From: a bacterium
GTDB lineage: Bacteria > SAR324 > NAC60-12
Length of the DNA: 19,443 nucleotides
Assembly: GCA_965233585.1 (NCBI GenBank)
Contig: CBDDTI010000276.1
Coordinates: 1 to 19,443 of the forward strand
Direction: 5' to 3'
Shown one piece after another: positions 9,021 to 19,400 of the stretch. The translations under genes and the position numbers were made by a program. Numbering within the stretch: position 1 is the first letter of the stretch; every line of letters starts with the position of its first letter. A model generated the notes under the pieces. The model worked only from the letters and a program-made list of their open reading frames with translations. It ran no database searches and was not told the DNA's origin.

Positions 9021-12000
9021 CTCGTTGTCCAGATATCCTTTGGCCAGACCAATTCCGGCTAAGTGTATCTCTCCAGTGACACCAGGAGGGCACAACTGTC
9101 CAGAGTTCAAGATGAAAACCTGCATGTTGGCAATGGGCAAACCAATGGTAGTGAACTGCGGGACGCGCGGGCAGGGCCAGAAAGTCACATCGACCGCCGC
9201 CTCTGTGGGGCCGTAGAGATTGTGTAGCTGGGTCTGAGGAGTGAGGATCTCATATGCTCTCTTCACAACATCTGGATAGAGCGCTTCCCCACTGCAGAAG
9301 ACATGTCGCAAAGAAGACAAATCCTCTGCTGCAAGCGCTTGCCCAAGAAAGTCTTTCAACATTCCGAGGACAAAATGGATGATGGAAACGCGGTGCTTCG
9401 CAATCTGCTTTCGCAGGTATTCAGCATCAGCTTGCAGATCGGGTTGTGCAACCAGGAGAGAAGCTCCAAAAAGTGGCCAGAAAAATTCCCAGACAGAGAC
9501 ATCAAAGCTGTACGAGGTCTTCTGCATCACCACGTCCTCTGCCCTAAGTTGGTATGTGTCTTGCATCCATGCCAAGCGATTCACGATTGCTTTGTGCTGA
9601 ACCGCCACGCCTTTTGGCTTCCCAGTTGATCCAGAAGTGTAGATGACATAGGCCAGGTCGTCAGGACTGGCCAAAGGCGACGCAACGAACTCAACGGCTT
9701 CTGGAAACTCGAAGAAATCGACTTCAGGAGACTCCAAACACAGGCCCTCAAAGCCCAAGCTGTCACGGCTGTGAATCAAAGCCTTGCTGCCGCTGTTCGT
9801 CAGCATATACTGCTTGCGTGGCCGAGGCTGATCACAATCAAGAGGAAGGTAGGCGCCAGCAACTTCAACCACGGAGTAAATCGCTACTATCAGACCAGGA
9901 GAGCGGGCCATGTGGATTGCAACAATATCACTCGGCCCAATCTCGGGTCGTAGCCTGCCAGCCAAAGAATGAATGTGCCTTTGAAGCGTTTGCACACTGA
10001 GGGAATGGGAGCCTGTGTTGGACGAATTGTCCCAAATCACAGCACTGTCACATTGCTGTGACAACCGCTTTCTCAGCAACCCTTGCAGTGTACTTGGACA
10101 GTCCCTCCATTCACGGCTTGTGCTGTTGAGAGCACACCAAGATTTCAACTGCGAGACACCAAGCACCTCTGGCAGAGGCAACGTGAAATCAAAGTTACAG
10201 CCTGTAACCCTCAGCAACCGACAAAAAGCTTCGTGCATTCCCTGTACATGGTCTGAAGGCAGCAAATCGGCCACGTAGTCCCACTCAACTGCCAAACGAC
10301 TATCCGCTTCAAAGACTTTGCAGTCCAGCCAAACCTGAGGTGTTTGGGTGATGCTGAAAGCCACTTTACCAAACCTCTGGCCAACTGATTCATGACCATC
10401 AGCTAAAGGGAGGTTCAGCAAACTTGTGAAAACAACTGGTGCTACGGCAGAGTTCTTGCTGAGACGATGAAGTTCCTGCTGCACTCTGACACCATCATAT
10501 TGCTTATGGCGCAAGTCGGAGTTGAGCTGCTGCAATACCTTCCTCACGGAATCCTTGAAAGGCTCCCTCCCGTATGAGGAAGTGTGAACTTCCAGTAGAA
10601 TCACAGATGTGAAGTCCCCAATGATCTCAACGATTTGTGAATGTAGCATGGGGTCCCGTTCAAAGGTCGTGAGATTTATCAAGAAGTCTTGTGTTTCCGA
10701 CCAGCGCCCAAGGACTGCAGCAAACAATGTCAGCACAACACTTGAACCAGTGAGCCCTAGCTGCTTGGCCACAAATTTGAGATTCTGCCAGGTGTTTTGG
10801 TCAATGTAGTCCAAACATCTGCGAAATGTCCAAGACTTCAGATCATCAGGATTCATCTGCAAACGCAAGGCCGGGGCACCAGGCATCTTTGCATAGCGAT
10901 GTTCCCAGTACAACTTGGCCTTCTGGTATTCGGGGTAAGCGTCTGCTCTTCTGACCACATCACCCAATCACGGAAGCTCAACTGCAATCTTGGTTTCTCC
11001 AACTCTCCTGCATAGATCGCATGCCATTCGCAAAACAGTATGCGCATGCTGAACATGTCGATTGCCAAGGAATCGAAGGAAAAATGCAAGCGCCACCAAA
11101 CTTCGCCTTCGTCCAGACATCTGGAGGCTCGGATTTTGAAAAGTGCGCCCTCCGTCACTGCAATGACTTCATGGGAATAATTTTCACGCAGTTCTTGCAA
11201 ACGAGATGCCAACCGTTCTGGAGTCAAGTCGGTCAAATCAAAGACTTCGCATTTGAAATCACCACTGGCCATTGGCTCTTGAATTCGCTGCATATATCCT
11301 GGCCCATTCGCGTTGTCGTCTGGAATCAGTTCCATTCGCAACATGTCGTGCTTTTGAATCATCGCATGGAAGGAACTCTCAAAGGCACCTAAGTCAAAGG
11401 TACTTTCGACATCAACTTCAAGATATCCATGCGCTGATATGTTGCTCACAGACCGGCCCCAAACACAGGCTTCTTGGATGGGTGTCAAAGCGGTACGCTG
11501 AAGAGGTCACAATGGACTTACAGTCCTTGACCTTCACACCACAAAGCAATTCGTTCAAAGGCAAGTTTATCAGATCCTCTTGAGTGACTTTCACACCAAA
11601 ATCCTTCAGCAAGATTTTCTGCATGCGGGGCAGGGTCAGGGAATCTCCTCCATTCTCCAGGAAGCTTGCTCGAAGGTCCAAATCTTCCTCCTGCCTTTCC
11701 AGAATGCAGCTCACCGAAGCCAGCAGCGTCGGCCTGGCTCCATGGTCCACTGGATCCACTCGTTCCTCGTGGTTCACCTCGGGCGGTGGCAGCACACCTC
11801 GAAGTGGCTCAACATGTGTGCGCTGAAACGGATAAGGTGGCAACCGCATGTGCTGGCAGGCTCTTCTGAAACCTGAGTAGTAGCTTTCCCAATCAACATC
11901 TCCACCGCTGACAAACCACTTGCCTAAAGCCCTGGCAAGGCTCCGGGAACTCCGATCCTTCGCTGCCACACAAGACAAGAAAGGCTCCAGGCCAATCGCA

Positions 12001-12620
12001 GCGTCGATGGGGCCCATGCAAATCACAAAGCTTTTTGTGTGCAAATCGGATGAACAGGATCTGGGAGGAGCAAATTGCTGGGTCGTCTTCTTGTCATCGC
12101 CCAACAGCTCTAGGGTGTTCAGCTCACCTTCGAAGATGCGAGCCACAAGCTCACCATGGCCATGGCCAAAACAGGTGGAAGGACGAATGCCCCAGCTCTG
12201 CCAGAGACATGCAAGGGAAAGCTGTACAGCACCACCAGCAGCTTTTGCCAACAGAGGTGACAGTTCCAATTCACCATACAAAGCATCCACCAGAAGGATA
12301 CCTCCCAGCTGCGACCTCAATTCCTTGGAGAAACGATTCATGACTTGATAAAAGACCCAGCTTGTATCGTAGAGCTGCTGCAGCATACCTTTCCAAGCTA
12401 ATAGCGGTGGAAAAAAGAAGGTCGCCATTACTTGACTGGCAGGGGCCTCTTCCTCTATCCAGTGCGAAGCGCAGACATCCTCACAGAGTTGCTCAACAGT
12501 ATCAGCCACAATTGCAGCCCGCATCCGACAACACGGTTCCCAGGCAGCTGATTGTCTCGCCAAAGAGTAGCACAGGTCTTGGAGCACATCGCAGCACTCG
12601 TTTGGCTGCTGATCTTTGAC
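9021..12620 (-). CDS. Hybrid PKS-NRPS, exon B (3600 nt): KS-AT linker, degenerate AT, ACP, heterocyclization (Cy) domain, N-terminal adenylation domain (frameshifts at ~11489 and ~10933)
   Basis: ORF 11418..12587: AT-like SWGIRP...GHGHGEL, VDW, LPPYPFQR, carrier FLENGGDSL. ORF 10853..11488: LTPIQEA..WGR, KHDMLR, FDSLAIDMFS (DxxxxDxxS), SFRD. ORF 9012..10967: PGAPAL, GDFTS, PVVFTS, TQTPQVWLD, EWD, then A-domain YVIYTSGSTGKPKG, FDVSVWE, NLYGPTE, GEIHLAGIGLAKGY. Confidence 0.93.
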
Positions 12621-13634
12621 CTTGGTAATAATGAGGGAACGGGAACGGTGTTTCTTACATTTTAGCTACAGAAGCAAACGCGACACATGGATACACATGG
12701 TGACAATCTCTGGAAGCTGGAACAAATTGAATCAACCTGCAGTGTGGTCAAACAGCAGCAAGCACATGCGAAATAACCAAGTTGATAAACCAGTCACCAT
12801 CCATTCGGAACGTTTTGCCGAGGCTACGAGGCAACGCAAACCATGCAAAAAATTATGAATCTGTGACGCGATCGACGCTATCTGGGGCTGTTAATTATCG
12901 ATTGTGGAATCCCACGCGACATGCCTAGACGACATTGCTGTGCCTACTCCCCATAGGACTTTGGTCTTTGTAGTAATATGCTTCAATATACAGCTCTTTT
13001 TCTACATCAAAATTGGATCAAAAACAGAAACTCATTGGTAGCTTTCAAAATTATTCGGACATGTGACATGTACTGTACATGTCGGTAAGAATGGGCAACA
13101 AACATTTTGGGAGGCCAAAGCAGCACTAAATGGCACGCTGAATGAATTGTTTGACAGACTATCAAGATTCTAGATGTTCTTTGCACTCAGCTTTGCACTC
13201 AGCTGGGTAGGCTGGGTACCCCTCGTCTGCCATGCAAAGTTGAGGCTGGGATACAAAAGTGTCGCACGCTCTTCAAATTTTATATACATAAAAACGCTGC
13301 AAGAGGAAAGGGACCGCAACGATGCAAGAGGAGGGAAGGGGGAAGCAAGAAGGATTATGAGCCACGACCAGTCATCTGTCGTCTATGCCGCCGAATTGCC
13401 GCAAGAAACGCGCAACACACGCAAACGCAGATGATTTACAAAACAGATTACAAACCAAGGAAAATGTGGGACAGAGGAGCTGCATGAACCTTTGCATCCA
13501 GCATGCCACCAGGCCAAGACAATGGGACAAGCTCCAGAACCGAAAGCAAACGTCAGACAATGAAAGCCCGACAAAGTGAGCACATCAACCAGTCGATACA
13601 TTTTTCTAGCGCAACTCCAAATTCAGGCCCAGAC
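12621..13634 (-). other. Spliceosomal intron, GT-AG, 1014 nt, phase 0
   Basis: The KS frame stops 3 codons after CAAAAG|GT. Acceptor CCAAG|GTC at 12621/12620 restores the frame into VKDQQPNECCDVLQDLCYSLAR (KS-AT linker motif L.D.CYSL...R.A.VA). Confidence 0.85.
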
Positions 13635-15640
13635 CTTTTGGCACATCTGGCTTAGCTGAAGACAAACAGAAGGGAAAGCTTCTGGTCTTGTCACAAGCGA
13701 CAGGATGTAGGGAGGTTTGAGAACTCCTGCTTTCTGTGGCGCAAAACCGTCTACGATGCCAGCGGCCAAGAACGGGACCAAATCCTGAAGACCCTTCCAG
13801 AGCTTTGGCTGTCGAAGATCATTGTGCAGCCTTTCTGGTTTTGGTGGCTTTCTTAGAAGCACATGCGCATTGCTTCCACTGAATCCGAAACTGCTAACTC
13901 CGGCAACTCCATGCGATTCTACTGGTGACAAGGACAATGTAGAGCACACGAACTGCAAATGAGTTCCATCAATGTGCGAGTTTAAAACCTCCAAGTGCTG
14001 ACTGGATGTCCAAGATCTGTGAGCCAAGGCATTGATGGCTTTCAACATGCCCATCATCCCTGCCGCGGCCTCATGGTGGCCAAGAACAGATTTACAAGCA
14101 CCGACCAGCATTCCATCACCGTTCCGCATTCCAGGGCTGAAAGTAGAAGAAAGAGCTGCTGCCTCAACTGGGTCACCCAGCCTGGTGCCGGTGCCATGTG
14201 CTTCGATGAGGCGAATCTCGAACTTGTCGCAGAAAGCGTCTCTCATTGCCAAAGCCAGCAGTTCTTCTTGACTTTTTCCAGACGGCCACATGATGCCAGT
14301 GGGCCCAGCTGCAGCTGCTGCAGAACCGTTGTTGTTCGTGGCGATGCCCAGGATTCGCGCTTCCGATTCCATGGCCGAGGTCTGCTCCCGAAGAAAAAGG
14401 GCACCACAGCCCTCGCTTCGGACGATGCCATCAGCTAAGTCATCAAAGCTTCGGCAGCTCCCTGACGGAGACAGCATGCCCATGGAAGCATAGCGACGCA
14501 TCAAACACTGCGAAAGAATCACGTTGACGGCGGCTGCTAAGCCTGCATGGAGGTCACTTGTGCGGAGCATTCTGACCGCAGAATCTAGAGCAAATAAGGA
14601 CGAGGAGCAAGCCGTGTCAAGCGAAACTGCAGGGCCTTTCCAATCGAAGTGCTTTGACAAACGGCTTGCAGTAGCGCTGCGGTTGTTTCCGACAGCAAAA
14701 ATGCCAGAACTGCCACGGCCAACGGATTGCGACTGAATGTCAAGAGCTTGAGCTGCCAATTCCAAGTTCTCATTGGCACCAATCCCAATCCACACTCCAA
14801 CGTCACGGCCCAGACGGCAGGGCAGCGCATGAAAAGCAGCTTCCAAGAGCAGGGCCTGCTGTGGATCCAAAAGTTGCGCTTCCGCATGCTGAATACCCAA
14901 AAAACCCAGTCAAAGCTGCAGATATCGTCCAAGAGGCCACCAGCTTGGTTCACTTCAACAGCAACACCTCTGGAGCTGGGAATGCTGCAAACTCCGGCCC
15001 CTGTCAGCAGCTGAAGCCAGAAATCCTCTTGAGAAGTGGCAGCATTGGTCCGAACTCCCACGCCTATGACATGAATCTCATGTCTCTGCGTGATGCCCTC
15101 CAGTCCTGTGATAGGGTGCACTACTGAAGCAGACCCCCCAACTGTCAGGACGCCTGACTGCTGAGTGGATGGAGGAAAATTGTAGTTTTGACCACCAAAG
15201 TTGAGCAGTTGAGTTTCCAAATGGTGGCTGAGGCTGGCTACGCTTGAACCTTGCACAAATGAAGCATCAACTTCCAAACCCGACTCTTTTTTCAAAACCT
15301 CCACAAATTTCGTTGCATAAATCGAATCCATGCCGAGGTCCATGAAATTGGCATCTCGTTCTGTCGAATCAAGGACATCAAGGTCCATGATGTCTCGCAA
15401 CAACTGCAGCACAAGCTGAGAAACAGAGAGCTCCATCGAGGCCACGACCTTGGTCTCCTTCGCTTCCTTCGCTTCCTTCGCTTCTTTCGCTTCCTTCGCT
15501 TCGGCCTGGGCCGATGTCAAAGTCCTGAGCCTCCGATCCGTCACTTGACGCTTCTGGTAGACTGACCAATCAGTGGGACAGATCGCTACTTGGACCAGCC
15601 CAAGGCCAGGATTCATCACTTGCTCAAGAGCCGCCAAAGC
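13635..15640 (-). CDS. Hybrid PKS-NRPS, exon A: KR C-terminal end, (EAK)5 linker, ACP, ketosynthase (one frameshift at ~14899-14907)
   Basis: Acceptor GGTCAG|GCT at 15641/15640 (best candidate). ALAALEQVM...VAICPTDW resembles a KR C-terminus. ACP motif FMDLGMDSI (Ser 15323-15325). KS N-terminus IHVIGVGVR...FW..L..G, DPQQALLLE, DTACSSS (Cys 14607-14609), EAHGTGT (His 14196-14198), KSVLGH (His 14076-14078), GVSSFGFSGSNAH. Joins ORFs 14585..15847 and 13623..14900. Donor AAG|GTCTGG at 13635/13634. 2006 nt plus one missing base = 669 codons, consistent with phase-0 ends. Confidence 0.9.
15458..15502 (-). repeat. Coding 9-bp tandem repeat (GAAGCGAAR)x5 encoding (EAK)5
   Basis: Read directly in exon A between the KR C-terminus and the ACP. 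Confidence 0.9.
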
Positions 15641-16174
15641 CTGACCATATGTGGCAGTGGACATGTTCGACAACACGCAACGAACCGAGGTCGTTTTTAG
15701 TTTTCTGGGTGTTTCTGTTGAGCGCACAAAGAAAATACCAAAAAACAAGGCGGGCCAGAGAACCCAAAAGCAAGACGGCGCACAGCACGCCTTTTCAAAA
15801 AATAAATAAAAAGGTGTGTGCAGCTGTGCTCTGCACGAAATCGACATAAGATCTTTGCTGAAACATCGTGCGCACTGATGGTATCAGGGGCCACAATTCA
15901 CCACAGCATGCTGCGTCGGCTACGTCTACATTCTTCTAGTCGCTATTCTGCTAATGTAATTAACTCTATCCCATCTTTCTAGTCGCTATTTATTCCTGGG
16001 TTCTCGTTTAGTGTCCTTCGCCGCAGGGGGAGCGAGGACGAAGCGTGGGCGGACAGAACGCCCTGCGAAATGAAAACTAAACGACGGAGGGAGTTGACTA
16101 AAAGAGCATGAAAACGAAGATATGAAGATGACAGATGGTGAATGATCCTGGAAAATGAGACATGATGAAAGATG

Positions 16175-18250
16175 GGTAAAGACTTTTATGTACAAAAGTG
16201 TATTTGCGTAAAAGCTACGGTGTGTAGACGCGTCTGTGCGTGCAAGATTCTTTGTGTAAAAGTTCCTCTGTGTAAAGGTTTTTTGTGAGAAAACTTCTGT
16301 GTGAAAAAGTTTCTGTGTCAAAGTTTCTGTGTGTAAAAGCTTCTTTGCGTAAAAGCTTCTGTATCTGAAAAGCTTCTGTGGGTAAAAACTTCTCTGTGTA
16401 AAGGTTTTTTGTGTAAAAGCTTCTGTGTAAAACGTCTTCTGTGTGTAAAACGTCCTCTGTGTGTGAAAGTTTCTGTTTGTGAAAGATTCTTTGCGTACCA
16501 GCTTCTGTGTGTAAAAGCTCCTCTGTGTTAAGGTTTTTTTGTGTAAAAGCTTCTGTGTGTAAAGCTTCTCTGCGTAAAAGACTTCTCTGTGTCAACGCCT
16601 CTGACTGTACAAGCTTCTCTGTGTAAAAGCTCCTCTGTGTAAAAGCTCCTCTGTGAAAAAGCTGCTCTGTGTAAAAGGCTTCTCTGTGTAAAAGCCTCTG
16701 TGTGTGTGCAAGCGTCTCTGTGTCAAGACTTCTTTGTGTAAAGACTTCTCTGTGTAAAAAAATACTGTGTAAAAGCTTCTGTGTGTAAAAGCTTCGCTGT
16801 GTAAACGCCTCCGTGTGTAAAGACTCCTCTGTGTAAACCCGTCTGTGTGTAAAAGCTCCTCTGTGTAAAGGCTTTTTTGTGTGTAAAAGCTTCTTAAAAG
16901 CTTCTGTGTGTAAAAGCTTCTGCGTGTGTAAAAAAATCTTTGTGTAAAAGCTTCTATGTATAAAAGCTCCTCTGTGTGTACAAGCTTCGCTGCGTAAAAG
17001 CTGCTCTATGTAAAAGTTCTGTGCGCCGTAAAGTTGTCTGTGCGTAAAAGCTTCTGTGTGTGAACGCGTCTGTGTGTGCAAGATTCTGTGTGCAAAAGCT
17101 CCTCTGTGTAAAGACTTCTCTGTGTAAACGCGTCTGTGCGTAAAAGCTCCTCTGTGTAAAGACTTCTCTGTGTAAACGCGTCTGTGCGTAAAAGCTTCTC
17201 TGTGTAAGACTTCTCTGTGTAAAAGCTACTCTGTGCAAAAGCTTCTGTGCGTAAAAGGCTTCTGTGTGCAAAAAGCTCCTCTGTGTAAAGGCTTCTCTGT
17301 GCAAACCCGTCTGTGCGTAAAAGCTCCTCTGTGTAAGACTTCTCGATGTAAAAAGCTTCTCTGTGTGAAAGCTTCTGTGTGTAAAAGCTGCTCTGCGTAA
17401 AGGTTTCTGCGTGCCGTAAGAGCCTCTATTTGTAATTAAAACCTTCTGTGTGTGAACGTGTCTGTGTGTAAAAGCTTCTGCGTGGAAATCTCCTTTGTGT
17501 AAAGACTTCCCTGTGTAAAAAGCTCCTCTGTGTCAAGGCTTCTCTGTATAAAAGGCTTCTCTTTGTAAAGGCCTCTGTGTGTACAGGCTTCTCTGTGTCA
17601 AGACTTCTCTGTGTAAAGACTTCTCTGTGTAAAAGCTACTCTGCGTAAAAGCTTCTGTGCGTGAAGGCTTCTGTGTGTAAATGCATCCGTGTGTAAACAC
17701 TCCTCTGTGTAAACGTGTCTGTGTGTAAAAGCTTTTGTGCTTAAAAGTTTCTGTGTAAACGCTTTTTGTGTAAAAAACTTCTGTGTGTAAGAGCTTCTCT
17801 GTGTAAAGGCTTTCCTGTGTAAAAGCTTTCCTGTGTAAAAGCTTCTGTGTGTGAGAGCTTCTGTGTGTAAAGCTCCTCTGTGTGTGTAAACGTTTCTGTG
17901 TGTAAAAGCTGCTCTGTGTGTACAAGCCTCTCTGTGTAAAAGCTCCTCTGTGTAAAGACTTCTCTGTGTAAAAGACTTCTCTGTGTCAAAGCCTCTGCGT
18001 GTACAAGCTTTTCCGTGTAAAAGCTACTCTGTGTAAAAGCTGCTCTGTGTAAAGGCTTCTGTGTAAAAGCCTCTGTGTGTGCAAGCTTCTCTGTGTCAAG
18101 ACTGCTAAAACCTTTCCTGTGTAAAAGTTTCTCTGCGTAAAAGACTCTGTGCGTAAAGTCCTCCCTGTGTACAAGCTTCTCTGTGTAAAAGATCCTCCGT
18201 GTAAAGCTCCTCTGTGTAAAGCTCCTCTGTGTGAAAGTGGCACTGTGTAA
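16175..18250. repeat. Degenerate minisatellite, ~17-20-bp unit (CTCTGTGTAAAAGCTT-like)
   Basis: About 2 kb of tandem TGTGTAAAAGCTTCT(C) variants; source of the HTEAFTQRSFY-type ORFs. Confidence 0.93.
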
Positions 18251-18454
18251 AACCCGTGCCAACAGCTCCGCATTTTCAGTGTCACTCCCTTCCAGCAGAG
18301 CTTTTCCCAAGCTATTTCCTCCCAGCTGTCCGTTCACGCTGATGCATATCCTATGCTTGGGTTCTCGTTTAGTTTGCTTCGCTGCGAAGGGGGCGAAAAC
18401 CAAGCATCGACGGACAGAACGCCGTGCAAAATGAAAACCACTCCAGCAAAGAAC

Positions 18455-18890
18455 TTTTTCCCATGCATGTCCCTTTGCCCACCGTTTAGGCACCGTTTGA
18501 GAAGTCTTTGGCACCAGTTTTTCGGGACAATCGCGTTGATGGAATTTGTCCTGAAAAATTCGTGCCAACAGCTCTGCTCTTTTAGTCTCGCTCCCTGCCA
18601 ACGAAGCTATGCATGTCCCATGGCACAGGGTTTGGAAACTTTGGCAAGTCTTGGGCACACAGTTTTTCGGAACAATCGTATTGATGAAATTTGTCCTGAA
18701 AAACCCGTGCCAACAGCTGTGCATTTTTAGTGTCGCTCCCGGTCAGCGAAGCTATGCATGTCCCATCGCCCAACATTTGCAAACCACTTGAAAAGTCTTG
18801 GGCGCACAATTTTTCGGGACAATCGCATTGATGGAATTTGCCCTGAAAACCCGTGCCAACAGCTCTGCTTCTCAGTATGTCGCTTCCTTT
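18455..18890. repeat. ~147-bp tandem repeat, about 3 copies
   Basis: TTTTTCGGRACAATCG..TTGATGRAATTTG.CCTGAAAA...GTGCCAACAGCT recurs at ~18518, ~18663 and ~18810. Confidence 0.88.
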
Positions 18891-18894
18891 CCAG

Positions 18895-19400
18895 GGAGCT
18901 CTCCCCAAGCTATTTTCCACGGTTTCCTCTCCGTCCACGATGTCCACGCTCCCATCTCGCTCCATCCCAACGGAGCTCTCCCAAGCTTTTCCCACGGTTT
19001 CCCGTCCGTCCACAATGTCCACGCTTCCGTCTCGCTCCCTCCCAACGGAACTCTCCCCAAGCTATTTCCCACGGCTTCCGTTCACGATGTCACGCTTCCG
19101 TCTCGCTCTCTCCCAACAGAGCTCTCCCCAAGCTATAATTCCCCACGGTTTCCCATCCGTCCACAATGTCCACGCTTCCGTCTCGCATCCCAATGGAGCT
19201 CTCCCCAAGCTATTTCCCACGGTTTCCCATCCGTCCACGATGTCCACGCTTCCATCAACGGAGCTCTCCCAAAGCGATTTCCCACGGTTTCCTGTCCGTC
19301 CACGCTGCTTGCTTGCTCCCTCCCAGCGAAGCTCTCCCCATGAGCTATTTCTCACGGTTTCCTTTCCGTCCATGATGCCGACTCTTCCGTCTTGCACCCA
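18895..19400. repeat. ~60-78-bp tandem repeat, about 7 copies
   Basis: GGAGCTCTCCCCAAGCTATTTCCCACGGTTTCC..TCCGTCCAC.ATGTCCACGCTTCCGTCTCGC recurs in tandem. Confidence 0.88.

Noticed and set aside
8977..15127. Plus-strand ORFs overlapping the PKS-NRPS exons
   Set aside because: Antisense shadows of the minus-strand coding sequence with no recognisable motifs.
9021..15640. Bacterial contaminant contig or operon
   Set aside because: Conserved motifs are split by spliceosomal-type introns and flanked by eukaryotic satellites; no operon structure.
15641..15910. Possible upstream KR exon (VVNCGP* resembling NWGPW; ORF start at 15847)
   Set aside because: In-frame stop, no convincing splice pair, and the stretch overlaps repeat-end motifs. 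The CAG|G acceptor at 15641 explains where homology starts.
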